From the NCBI GenBank assembly GCA_017942005.1, contig JAGAVJ010000021.1, positions 102,676-166,675 on the forward strand: DNA of 64,000 bases, in the 5' to 3' direction. The stretch is from Clostridia bacterium. Lineage in GTDB: Bacteria > Bacillota > Clostridia > Oscillospirales > CAG-272. Position 1 is the first letter of the stretch; each line of letters opens with the position of its first letter. The notes below the pieces were generated by a model, which saw nothing but the letters and a program-made list of their open reading frames with translations, had not been told where the DNA came from and ran no database searches. Shown here piece after piece: positions 27,801-37,211 of this stretch. The translations under genes were made by a program, and so were the position numbers.

Positions 27801-29903
27801 TTATTTTGTGTAGAACAGAATATCGCCATATGCGGGATACGGCCAGAGACTGCGCGGCATGACGGGCTCCAATGCATCCACTTCACAGCGCAGCTCCGCC
27901 ATCAAAGGTACCAGGATTTCACCGCAATATGCAGCAAGTGCACTGCTGTCAGAAGGCTTGTCCGGCGTGTTGACCGCGCGCTCCAGTGTACGCAGGGTAT
28001 GGAACATGGCGGCGGAATATTTGTTTAACAAGTCAAGCGTTTCTTCTTCATAAGGCATCGGATACTGTGGGGAAACCGCTTTGGTCTCTGCAACGGTATT
28101 GGAAAGTTCTTTTTTATATGCGGACACTGCGGGAAGAATGTCACGCTGCACCATATTGATAAAGGTCTGCGCTTCGATGTTGATGACTTTGCAGTAATTT
28201 TCTTCGTTGATTTCTTTGCGTGCTGCCAACTCTGTTTCGGAGAAGACCTTGTTTTCGACAAACAGGCGGACATTCTTTTCATCGAGATAATGCGCGAGCG
28301 CCTGCGGGGTGGTACTGTAGTTGGAAAGACCGCGTCTCTTTGCTTCGTCTATCCAGCTGATATCGTAGCCGTTGCCGTTGAACAGAATACGTTTATGTTC
28401 CTTAATGGTATCACGGATCAAATCGTGCAGCGCCACACCGAAATCGTCAGCGGCTTCCAGCTTGTCGGCAAAGGTACGCAGCACCTGTGCAACGGCGGTA
28501 TTGATGACAATATTGCAGCTGGCAGGAGAAGCGGCGGAGCCGAGCATGCGGAATTCAAATTTATTTCCGGTAAATGCAAACGGAGAGGTCCGGTTGCGGT
28601 CGGTGGTGTCCTTGGGGAATTTCGGGAGGACATGGACGCCAATGCGCATCATTTCACGGTCACGTGCGTCATACAGGCTGCCGGATTCAATCGCTTCCAG
28701 AATGGCGGTCAGTTCATCCCCCAAAAACATGGAAACAATGAACGGCGGCGCTTCATGTGCGCCGAGACGGTGGTCATTTCCGGCAGAGGCGACGGAAATG
28801 CGCAGCATATCCTGATATTCGTCAACTGCCTTGATGACGGCGACAAGGAAGAGCAAAAACTGTGCGTTGTCATGCGGTGTTTCTCCCGGTTCCAGCAGAT
28901 TGACGCCGGAATTGGTTGTCATGGACCAGTTGTTGTGTTTGCCGGAGCCATTGACACCAAGAAACGGTTTTTCGTGAAGCAGGCATACGAGACCGTGCTT
29001 TTTTGCAATTTTCTGCATCAGATCCATCGTCAGCTGATTGTGGTCACAGGCAATGTTGGTCGTGGAAAAAATCGGCGCAAGCTCGTGCTGTGCCGGTGCG
29101 GCTTCATTGTGTTCCGTTTTGGCAAGAACACCAAGCTTCCAAAGCTCGTCATCCAGCTCCGCCATGAACGCCTTGATGTGCGGACGAATGGTACCGAAAT
29201 AGTGGTCGTCCATCTCCTGACCCTTTGGCGCCTTTGCACCAACCAGGGTTCTTCCGCAGAACCGCAGATCAGGACGCTTCTGGTATAGGTCAAACGGAAT
29301 TAAAAAGTATTCCTGTTCACACCCGACGGTGGTTTTTACATTCGTATCGGTTGTGTTGCCGAACAGCCGCAGGATACGTACCGCCTGCTTGCTGAGCGCT
29401 TCCATGGAACGCAGAAGCGGCGTTTTCTGATCCAGCGCTTCGCCGCCAAACGAACAGAATGCTGTCGGAATATACAGCGTATCATCGCGGATGAATGCAA
29501 AAGAAGTGGGGTCCCATGCGGTGTAGCCGCGTGCTTCAAACGTGGCGCGCAGTCCGCCGGACGGAAAGGAGGATGCATCCGATTCTCCTTTTGTCAGCTC
29601 CTTACCGGAAAATTCCATGATGATTTTTCCATCTGCGGTAGGACTGATAAAGCTGTCGTGCTTTTCTGCTGTGATGCCGGTCATCGGCTGAAACCAGTGT
29701 GTGTAATGGGTTGCGCCGCGTTCAATTGCCCAATCCTTCATGGCGTTGGCGACAACCGAAGCGGTTTCCGGGTCCAGCCGTTTGCCGTAATGCAGTGACG
29801 CCTGCATCATCCGGAAGGTTTCTTTGGGCAGCTTGGATTTCATGGTTGCTTCATCAAATACCATGGAGCCAAAGGCTTCGGTCAGATTTTTGGCTTCTGT
29901 CAT
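27801..29903 (-). CDS. glnA: Glutamine synthetase type III
   Basis: THYTHWFQP, DASSFPSGGLRATFEARGY, NGSGKHNNW, DRNRTSPFAFTGNKFEFR. SD GAAAGGA before MTEAK. Confidence 0.95.
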   Translation of the reverse strand: MTEAKNLTEAFGSMVFDEATMKSKLPKETFRMMQASLHYGKRLDPETASVVANAMKDWAIERGATHYTHWFQPMTGITAEKHDSFISPTADGKIIMEFSGKELTKGESDASSFPSGGLRATFEARGYTAWDPTSFAFIRDDTLYIPTAFCSFGGEALDQKTPLLRSMEALSKQAVRILRLFGNTTDTNVKTTVGCEQEYFLIPFDLYQKRPDLRFCGRTLVGAKAPKGQEMDDHYFGTIRPHIKAFMAELDDELWKLGVLAKTEHNEAAPAQHELAPIFSTTNIACDHNQLTMDLMQKIAKKHGLVCLLHEKPFLGVNGSGKHNNWSMTTNSGVNLLEPGETPHDNAQFLLFLVAVIKAVDEYQDMLRISVASAGNDHRLGAHEAPPFIVSMFLGDELTAILEAIESGSLYDARDREMMRIGVHVLPKFPKDTTDRNRTSPFAFTGNKFEFRMLGSAASPASCNIVINTAVAQVLRTFADKLEAADDFGVALHDLIRDTIKEHKRILFNGNGYDISWIDEAKRRGLSNYSTTPQALAHYLDEKNVRLFVENKVFSETELAARKEINEENYCKVINIEAQTFINMVQRDILPAVSAYKKELSNTVAETKAVSPQYPMPYEEETLDLLNKYSAAMFHTLRTLERAVNTPDKPSDSSALAAYCGEILVPLMAELRCEVDALEPVMPRSLWPYPAYGDILFYTK

Positions 29904-29954
29904 ATCGTGATCCTTTCTAATCATAAGGCTGATTTCTAAAAAGTATACACTATA

Positions 29955-29983
29955 ATTATACACCATTTTGCAAATACTGTCAA
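29955..29983 (-). promoter_or_regulatory. sigmaA promoter of GSIII
   Basis: Minus strand TTGACA-N17-TATAAT. Confidence 0.8.
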
Positions 29984-30177
29984 TAGAATTTTCCCAACGT
30001 TCCATACACTCGACACGTATCCGGACGGCATCGTTTTTTAGGCACACCAAAAAGAACATACAATCTAAATCCTATGATATTCATATCGAAACAAACACTG
30101 ATGTTCTTAAAATGCGCGAAAAAATATGGATAAATTGGATTTTCACAGAATTTATTGTAAATAAATGCGATTTTTCC

Positions 30178-30234
30178 TTGACAAACAAGAACAAATGTAG
30201 TATAATAAAACCGGATAAGAACAAATGATCTTAT
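30178..30234 (+). promoter_or_regulatory. Consensus sigmaA promoter with two LexA/Cheo-like boxes
   Basis: TTGACA (30178)-N17-TATAAT (30201). AGAACAAATGTAGT in the spacer and ATAAGAACAAATGATCTTAT just after the -10. Confidence 0.65.
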
Positions 30235-30280
30235 TTGAAAGGGGAACGCAATTATTCAATGAAGAATCAGGAGGGTATAT

Positions 30281-32203
30281 ATGAACACATTTACGGTCGT
30301 TGACGGGGCTCTTTACCAATGGGACACAGGCAGGAAGCTTAAAATCAAATGGGAAAATCAAAAAGACATCGGCGAGGTGCATTTTTCAACGGTTTATTTA
30401 ACACAAGCGCTTGTCGTAAAGCCTTATGCGGAAGGAGAAGAACTCTTTGTAAATATCCCGAATATTCTGTTGCAGAAATCATGTAAAATAACCGTATATA
30501 TGGTGGTTTTATTGGAAAATGGGGAGCAGACAATCTGCAGCAATACCTTTTGTGTAATCGCACGCAAGCGTCCCGCCGATTATGTGTATACAGAAAGTGA
30601 GGTGATGACATGGACGACACTCGAAGCCAAAATCCCTCAAAAGCTGTCCGATCTTGAAATTGATCTGGAGATCGGTACCGACAGCGCAACCTATACACCG
30701 TTTGTTTCTGATATCGGGGAGTTGTCATGGACGAACAACAAGGGTCTGCCGAATCCGGCACCGATCAATGTCAAAGGTGAAAAAGGCACACCTGGCGACA
30801 CTCCATATATCGGAGAAAATGGGAACTGGTATATCGGCGATACGGATACCGGTACACCGGCAGGCGGTTGTGGCGGTACACCAAACGCAGTACAGTATGG
30901 GCCGCAGACACTGACAGGGGAGCAGCAGACGCAGGCGCGGAAAAACATTGATGCCCAATCACAGGTATATGCAGTGAAACGTGCCAATCCGTGGAGTGCG
31001 GAGGACTGTGTGAATGCCTCGGTCAGAGGATTGAAGCTGTATGGCGCGTGTACACAGGTGTCGTCGCCAAGTCCAGATAACCCGCAGGAGATAAAGTGCA
31101 ATCGTTTGACGTATACACTCAAAAATGATGCGGAATATCATGGCGGCAGTGTCACTGCACCGTCTCTGTATGGGATAGGCGATGCGCAGGATGAATGGGA
31201 TGCGATGACTGGACACGGTGTACGAAAAATTACAAAAATAATACTGGACGGGACGATAAATTACTTAACGAAAACGGATAATACAGCCGGTTCGTATTTA
31301 TATCATTTTATATATAATAATCAAGGCGTTGCAGATATTGTTCAAAATACTTTGTGCACACATTTTAAGCATGTGAAAATAGCGTATCCAAATCAAGAAG
31401 GGCAATATACCATTACAACCAAAACGATTTTTATAAATGCAAAGGGACTTGTTTGGGGGGACAACGCTGTATTACAAAACGCGGATGAGATCAATGCTTT
31501 TTTAGCTTCACAAAGCGCAGCCGGTACACCGGTAACGGTGTACTACGAAATGGCAGAAGCTGAGCCATTTGCCACTGTACCGCTTGAAAATCCCCTCACT
31601 ACGCCGGACGGATACGCACAGTTTTTGTCATGGGGTGACGGCGCAGCGGGGGACATTGAGGCAGAATATGCCGTGGATGTTGAAAAGCGGTATACGCATA
31701 AGCTTGTAACAGAAGAAATACTGAGAATGAAAACGAATGATATTTGTTCGTTTATCAAATTTGATGTAAAACGTGATTATAAAATCATACATGTCTATTT
31801 ATCCACATCTGCAAGCAATTCTGTACTTGTGGCACTTTCCGATGGAACAACCCCGATTGCTTCAACATTAACGATATTGCTGAATAAAACTTCGTATTCT
31901 GACGCCCTTCTTCATTGTGTTGGCGGATTTAATATCATTTCAACGAAAGGAATACGGTATTATACAGCACTCCAATATACCGATGACAGAAAATATGCCG
32001 TTCCAAAAGCAAATCATATCATTGATGCGATTACACCGAACAACGACAGCGCAATATATGGTGCAGATTCTGTTGATTACGGCTTCAACGAAGCTGCAGG
32101 GGAAATTGTAAAAGCAGGCGATTATCTTGCGCTTGTCCCAAAGACAGGAAGCGTTATTTCAAGCGGTGTTAAAGTTGTGATTGTAGGAGAATATTATGAA
32201 TAA
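30281..32203 (+). CDS. Phage tail-fibre/baseplate-like protein
   Basis: N-terminal LYQWD...IPNILLQ...RPADYVYTE domain, collagen-like KGEKGTPGDTPYIGENGNW, QTLT..QQ.QAR.NI, PSPDNPQEI, PVTVYY; motifs recalled from Clostridial phage tail proteins. Confidence 0.7.
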   Translation: MNTFTVVDGALYQWDTGRKLKIKWENQKDIGEVHFSTVYLTQALVVKPYAEGEELFVNIPNILLQKSCKITVYMVVLLENGEQTICSNTFCVIARKRPADYVYTESEVMTWTTLEAKIPQKLSDLEIDLEIGTDSATYTPFVSDIGELSWTNNKGLPNPAPINVKGEKGTPGDTPYIGENGNWYIGDTDTGTPAGGCGGTPNAVQYGPQTLTGEQQTQARKNIDAQSQVYAVKRANPWSAEDCVNASVRGLKLYGACTQVSSPSPDNPQEIKCNRLTYTLKNDAEYHGGSVTAPSLYGIGDAQDEWDAMTGHGVRKITKIILDGTINYLTKTDNTAGSYLYHFIYNNQGVADIVQNTLCTHFKHVKIAYPNQEGQYTITTKTIFINAKGLVWGDNAVLQNADEINAFLASQSAAGTPVTVYYEMAEAEPFATVPLENPLTTPDGYAQFLSWGDGAAGDIEAEYAVDVEKRYTHKLVTEEILRMKTNDICSFIKFDVKRDYKIIHVYLSTSASNSVLVALSDGTTPIASTLTILLNKTSYSDALLHCVGGFNIISTKGIRYYTALQYTDDRKYAVPKANHIIDAITPNNDSAIYGADSVDYGFNEAAGEIVKAGDYLALVPKTGSVISSGVKVVIVGEYYE

Positions 32204-32747
32204 AAGCTATAAAAAATATGTAAACGGCGCTGAAATGGCGCTGACTGAAGAGGAAATCACAGAAATTGAGCGCAGGCAGGCGGAATTTGAAGCAAAGGAA
32301 AAGCGCCGTCCATTTATGCAGGAGGAAGTCATTTTAAAGATGATCCGTTCCAATATCAATGATCTGCATGTGGACGATGCAGAGGCGTATCGCATGAAGG
32401 CATTCTATCCTGCATGGGAGACACTTTCCGAAACATCGTATTGTGCAGACATAGCAGGATATAAATTTACATATCAGGGCGATCTTTATAAGACAGTCAG
32501 CGCAAACCACACCTTTGCTGCGTATTGGGTTCCCGGAGAAGGAACGGAAAGTCTGTATACTCGGATTGACGAAACCCACGACGGAACAGAATTTGATCCC
32601 ATTCCATATCACGGAAATATGGAACTGATGAAAGGAACCTATTATATACAGGACGATACGGTATATCTCTGTACACGAAACACGGAACATGCGGTATATC
32701 AGAATCTTGCGGATTTCGTCAGTGTTTACGTGGAGGTTGCTCCATAA
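32196..32747 (+). CDS. Phage tail-associated protein with small carbohydrate-binding-like modules
   Basis: YPAW...FTYQGDLYK...HT...WVP...SLYTRID; GT..DPIPY...YY.....YLC. Overlaps the upstream stop. Confidence 0.6.
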   Translation: MNKSYKKYVNGAEMALTEEEITEIERRQAEFEAKEKRRPFMQEEVILKMIRSNINDLHVDDAEAYRMKAFYPAWETLSETSYCADIAGYKFTYQGDLYKTVSANHTFAAYWVPGEGTESLYTRIDETHDGTEFDPIPYHGNMELMKGTYYIQDDTVYLCTRNTEHAVYQNLADFVSVYVEVAP

Positions 32748-32758
32748 TAGATTGGCTG

Positions 32759-32792
32759 GGCTGTCGCATGCGACAGCCTGGCTCCCTTTTTT
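32759..32792 (+). terminator. Probable terminator / palindrome
   Basis: Perfect palindrome GGCTGTCGCATGCGACAGCC, with a T-run shortly downstream. Confidence 0.5.
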
Positions 32793-32832
32793 AGATAATT
32801 TTCTCAGAATGAAAAAATATTAAAAAATCGTA

Positions 32833-32861
32833 TTGACAATCGAAAAGAAATGTGATATAAT
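32833..32861 (+). promoter_or_regulatory. tRNA promoter
   Basis: TTGACA-N17-TATAAT with extended -10 TG and an A-rich UP element. Confidence 0.85.
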
Positions 32862-32892
32862 ATAAACGTTCCAAAGATAGGAAATAGTAAAT

Positions 32893-32966
32893 TGGGATAT
32901 TGTGTAAAGGTAGCACAGCAGACTCTGACTCTGTATGTTGGGGTTCGAATCCCTATATCCCAGCCA
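32893..32966 (+). tRNA. tRNA-Gln (anticodon CTG)
   Basis: Acceptor TGGGATA/TATCCCA, anticodon arm GCAGA-CTCTGAC-TCTGT, GTTCGAATC T-loop, encoded CCA. Confidence 0.95.
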
Positions 32967-33005
32967 AAAATAAACAGCTGAGTTTTATCTCGGCTGTTTA
33001 TTTTA
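32967..33005 (+). terminator. tRNA terminator
   Basis: AAAATAAACAGCTGAG / CTCGGCTGTTTATTTT inverted repeat. Confidence 0.8.
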
Positions 33006-33187
33006 TACATGGAGAAATGATTGTTGGGATTTGATTTGGTGCGGAATGAATCCCTATATTCCAGATATATAATAAACCTAAACGAATTCTTATCAAAGCG
33101 TCAGGTTTTTCTGAAATGTAATGAAGCTGTTATTGACAATAAATAGCGAATATGCTACAATATAAGTATGGTAAAGGAGATGATCTA

Positions 33188-33448
33188 ATGCCTGCAATAT
33201 CAATGTTTTATGGAATTATCATTAGAATGTATAACACTGGAGAGCATAATCCTCCTCACTTCCACGCGACCTATTAAGGATATAACGCAGTCATTAATAT
33301 GGACGGAGAACTTACAGACGGAGAAATGCCGAAGAAACAGCTAAAACTGATTTCAGCTTGGACAGAGCTTCATAAAGATGAGCTTTTTGCAAACTGGGAG
33401 CTTGCAATGAGTGAACAGCCACTTTACAAAATTGATCCGCTGCGTTAA
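33188..33448 (+). pseudogene. DUF4160 (DhiT-like toxin) gene with in-frame TAA at codon 30
   Basis: MPAISMFYGIIIRMY..EHNPPHFHATY*GY...LISAWTELHKDELFANW...KIDPLR; SD AAAGGAG; precedes a DUF2442 gene. Confidence 0.88.
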
Positions 33449-33496
33449 GTATGAGCGGCTCTCTTGACCATCCTATAGAAAGGAGCAATTCATATT

Positions 33497-33763
33497 ATGA
33501 AAAGTCCTGTTTGGGTAGTAAAAGAAGTACAACCTAAAGATGATTATACCCTGTATCTAACTTTTGCGGATGGCACGAAAAAGGTTTATAACGCTCGTCC
33601 GCTCTTGGAAAAGACGTTTTATTCTCAACTTAAAAACCTTTCTTTTTTCCTGTGCGCGAAAGCTGAGTGTGGTACTGTTGTTTGGAATGACGATATTGAT
33701 ATAGCCCCAGAGCATTTATACGAATGTTCTAAACCTGTAGGCAGTCTTTTCGGCGGTGTCTGA
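33497..33763 (+). CDS. DUF2442 (DhiA-like antitoxin) protein
   Basis: LYLTFADG, GTVVWNDDIDIAPEHLYE. Confidence 0.85.
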   Translation: MKSPVWVVKEVQPKDDYTLYLTFADGTKKVYNARPLLEKTFYSQLKNLSFFLCAKAECGTVVWNDDIDIAPEHLYECSKPVGSLFGGV

Positions 33764-34000
33764 AAACTACTCTCTTTTTAGAGTATATTACTTTAGAGTG
33801 TTTTTCGCAATTTTATTTAAGAGAACAAAGTTTTCCGAATTTCATCAATCAACACTTTTTATATTACTAAGATTTACTTTTTAATTTTTAAATTGGTTAT
33901 AAAGGAAAGAAAACTTAGGGCTGGCGCATATTTGCACCAGCCTTTAAAATTTTACTTTTTACATTTTAAAGCGAAATTTCACTGTCTATTTTTAATGTTG

Positions 34001-34567
34001 TTACTTTTTCAGTTTTAATCCGTCTTTGAACGCTTCGCCAACCCGTTCGGTTACTTTATAATAGCCGTGTGTATACGGATCAAACGCGATTGCATTGACC
34101 AAAGACATATCGATTTTATCGCCGACCATAACGCTTTCATCTGCTGTAACATTGACTACCTTACCGATTACGCCGCATCCGTAGTCTCCGTTCTGATATT
34201 CGATGAATTTGCATTCTAAGCAGATTGGAAACTCATTGATGATCGGTGCGTCTACTGTTTCTGATCTGCTTGCGGTAAGACCGCTATTTTCAAATTTATT
34301 TGCAACTTTGTTGCCGGATTCAACGCCGAAATAATCTGCTTCCACTAAATGAGCCGCATCGGCGATGCTTACCGTAAAAGCGCCTCTTGCTTTTATATTC
34401 TTTACCGTTTTGTGTGTTTCTGTTAAATTGAGAACGACATTCTCTCGCTCCTGCATCGTTCCCCACGCGGCATTCATCACATTAACGCTTCCATCTTCAT
34501 TGTAGGTGGCAACCATTAAAACCGGCATGGGGAAAATTCCTTCTGTTAAATTGAGTTTTTTTCTCAT
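34001..34567 (-). CDS. Flavin reductase-like (flavoredoxin) protein
   Basis: PMPVLMVATY, NVMNAAWG, ADYFGVESG, APII.EFPICLEC. Confidence 0.9.
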   Translation of the reverse strand: MRKKLNLTEGIFPMPVLMVATYNEDGSVNVMNAAWGTMQERENVVLNLTETHKTVKNIKARGAFTVSIADAAHLVEADYFGVESGNKVANKFENSGLTASRSETVDAPIINEFPICLECKFIEYQNGDYGCGVIGKVVNVTADESVMVGDKIDMSLVNAIAFDPYTHGYYKVTERVGEAFKDGLKLKK

Positions 34568-34681
34568 ATTCAATACCTCGTTTCTTTGATATGGGATTGA
34601 CAATGTTTGTGTCTTCCTGTATAATATAGTATACTACATAACATAAAAAAATACAAGTACTATCTTTTAGGAAAGTGCATC

Positions 34682-35014
34682 ATGATAAAGAATTACATTG
34701 AAGACGCCAATTTTAAAGATACAGGATTCAGCTATACACTGTCGCTTATATCCGGCAGGCATAAAATGGTGATCCTTTACTGCCTTATGGAATTTAAGGT
34801 TGTAAGATTTAATGAACTGAAACGGTATTTAAAAACCGTCTCAGATAAGACCCTCAGCAGTAATTTAAAAGAGTTGGAATCAGATCGGCTGATTATCAGA
34901 ACCGAATATCCTCAGATACCGCCAAAGGTGGAATACAGTTTAAGTGACAGAGGAAAATCGCTCATGGAGGTTTTGGATCAGCTGTGTGTTTGGGGCGAAA
35001 ACCATCGGCAATAG
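34682..35014 (+). CDS. HxlR-family transcriptional regulator
   Basis: RFNELKR, LKELE, YPQIPPKVEYSL; divergent from the flavoredoxin gene. Confidence 0.93.
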   Translation: MIKNYIEDANFKDTGFSYTLSLISGRHKMVILYCLMEFKVVRFNELKRYLKTVSDKTLSSNLKELESDRLIIRTEYPQIPPKVEYSLSDRGKSLMEVLDQLCVWGENHRQ

Positions 35015-35157
35015 GATTGTTTTTTATTGATTCTGTATCAGCAAAATGGATATGGTGATACCATTGATACAGAAATCCCCACCTAAAATCGCTTTGTTTT
35101 TTAGTAAATGGCCAGCAAATTTTTAATTTGTATATTTCAATAGAAAGGGAGCATCCT

Positions 35158-36048
35158 ATGGAAATCAGAGTTCTCAAATATTTTCTGACTGTAGTACGGG
35201 AACAGAGCATTACAAAAGCCTCTGAGGTTCTGCATATTACCCAGCCGACATTAAGCCGTCAGCTTGCGCAGATGGAGGAAGAAGTGGGTGTGAAGCTGTT
35301 TGACAGAGGCACACGCAAAATCACGTTGACCAATGAAGGGCTTCTGCTTCGCCGTCGTGCCGAGGAAATTTTACAGCTGGTAGATAAAACAGAAAAAGAA
35401 TTGATTGAACAGGAAGAACAAATAGAAGGCAAAATCACCATTGGCTGCGGGGAAATTGCATCAGTGCAGCTGCTGCCGGAACTGTTTGAACGTTTCCATG
35501 ACAGGTATCCGCATGTCAATTTTGATCTTTATACGGCCACTGCCGACCATGTAAAGGATCAGATGGACAGAGGTCTGGTTGACATCGGGTTACTTTTGGA
35601 ACCGATTGATATTGAAAAGTACGATTTTATCCGCCTTGATATCAAAGAACATTGGGTGGTTTTGATGCGCCCGGATTCTCCGCTTGCCGAAAAAGCTTCT
35701 GTTACGGCAAAGGATCTCTCCCAGCTTCCGCTGATTCTCCCTCGCCGTTTGCGGGTACAGAGTGAACTTGCAAGCTGGTTTGGCGATTATTACGAGCATT
35801 TGAATGTGCTGTTTACCAGCAATTTGGGTACCAATGCTTCTGTTATGGTAAATCGCGGCTTGGCATATGCGATTTCGATTGAAGGAATGACCACATTTTG
35901 GGATCAGTCTAAAATAACTTACCGTCCTTTATCTCCGGACTTAACAGCTACCAGTGTATTGGCATGGAAGCGCGGTCAGCCGTTCAGCCCAGCGGCAACA
36001 AAGTTTATAGAGCATATAAAATGCTTTTTAGGTATGGAAAAAACATAA
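35158..36048 (+). CDS. LysR-family transcriptional regulator
   Basis: SITKASEVLHITQPTLSRQ..EEE.GVKLF.R. Confidence 0.95.
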   Translation: MEIRVLKYFLTVVREQSITKASEVLHITQPTLSRQLAQMEEEVGVKLFDRGTRKITLTNEGLLLRRRAEEILQLVDKTEKELIEQEEQIEGKITIGCGEIASVQLLPELFERFHDRYPHVNFDLYTATADHVKDQMDRGLVDIGLLLEPIDIEKYDFIRLDIKEHWVVLMRPDSPLAEKASVTAKDLSQLPLILPRRLRVQSELASWFGDYYEHLNVLFTSNLGTNASVMVNRGLAYAISIEGMTTFWDQSKITYRPLSPDLTATSVLAWKRGQPFSPAATKFIEHIKCFLGMEKT

Positions 36049-36276
36049 AAACTAAGTATTTGACATAAAACAGAATTTTTGGTATAATGTAAGTGGAATC
36101 AGGAGGAACCATGGCTTCCGGATGACACTTACTTTTTTATTGAGGTAAAGGAAGGGCTGTTGCAAGTTTTCAACTTACAACAGCCCGGGATCATGAAGTG
36201 ATCCGAATTCGTCTTTTCGCTTGAAAAAGCGAAAAGACGAATTTTATAGGATGGAGCATGTTAATGCGACAGCCCG

Positions 36277-36459
36277 ATGGTCATAAGTCTGAAAAATAAG
36301 ATTTTCAAGAGAAATCATTATGAATGATTTCTCGTACCATGATTTTGTGACTTTCGTTGCTTGAAAAGCAACGATATACGCTTGTAGGCGCGTCACAACT
36401 CCACTAATGAAATGAAAGGAAAAACTTTCGCTAACGCGAAAGTCATGGTCATAAACATG
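36277..36459 (+). repeat. Structured start-site element, copy C
   Basis: Same stems as copies A and B with compensatory changes; flanked by the ATGGTCATAA direct repeat. Confidence 0.8.
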
Positions 36460-37143
36460 AAAAAACGAACAGTAATGCTACTTGCCGTGCTGATGGTATT
36501 TATTCTTACAGCTTGTTCTCCAAATCCTGTTAACACGGAAGCAGAAACATTGAAAACAGAAAACACGGGCAAAAATGACTTTGGAGAAAATTCGGACAAT
36601 TCACAGCTGGAAGACAACAGTACCTCGTTGGCAGATGACACTTTCGATACAGCAAATGTTCTCGTGGCATATTTTTCAGCCACAAATACAACAGAAGGTG
36701 TGGCACAAACCGTTGCCGATATCCTCGGTGCTGATTTGTATGAGATCATGCCAGAACAGCCATACACGGATGCGGACTTGAACTATCATGATGATAACAG
36801 TCGTAGTACCATTGAAATGAACGATCCGAACGCCCGTCCTGCCATTTCCGGTTCTGTGGAGAACATGGAGGAATATGATATTGTGTTTATTGGCTATCCG
36901 ATTTGGTGGGGGGAAGCGCCGCGAATTCTGAATACCTTTGTAGAAAGCTATGATTTCTCCGATAAGACGGTTGTACCGTTTTGTACCTCCGGCGGAAGCG
37001 GAGTCGGTTCCAGCGCTTCAAATCTTGAGCGTCTGACAAGCGGCGCTGTGTGGCTTTCCGGCACACGCCTGAACGGCAATGCCTCCCGCAGCTCTGTTGC
37101 GGATTGGATTGACGGCTTGGAACTGGATATCACTGCCGGGTAA
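36457..37143 (+). CDS. Flavodoxin lipoprotein
   Basis: Lipobox LTAC; VAYFSATNTT, IGYPIWWG, FCTSGGSG. Alternative start 36445. Confidence 0.9.
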   Translation: MKKRTVMLLAVLMVFILTACSPNPVNTEAETLKTENTGKNDFGENSDNSQLEDNSTSLADDTFDTANVLVAYFSATNTTEGVAQTVADILGADLYEIMPEQPYTDADLNYHDDNSRSTIEMNDPNARPAISGSVENMEEYDIVFIGYPIWWGEAPRILNTFVESYDFSDKTVVPFCTSGGSGVGSSASNLERLTSGAVWLSGTRLNGNASRSSVADWIDGLELDITAG

Positions 37144-37211
37144 CATCAGTGGCGGCTTGTCCTCGGATGTGAATGGCTGGAAACAAACGGAATCAAATAA
37201 GGGGGACAATA

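Noticed and set aside
28290-29288. Long antisense ORFs (e.g. 28290-29288, 43508-44251, 46632-47396, 52375-53091, 58425-59144, 60275-61030)
   Set aside because: Shadow frames opposite well-conserved genes, with no recognisable motifs.
30281-32747. Intact prophage
   Set aside because: Only two tail-like genes; no integrase, packaging, capsid or lysis genes, and the tRNA duplication does not bracket them.
27801-32966. Functional link between glutamine synthetase and tRNA-Gln
   Set aside because: Separate divergent transcription units with unrelated genes between them; proximity alone is not evidence.
33275-33277. Stop-codon recoding (Sec/Pyl or alternative code)
   Set aside because: The codon is TAA, which is used as a normal stop throughout the window; nonsense mutation or error is simpler.
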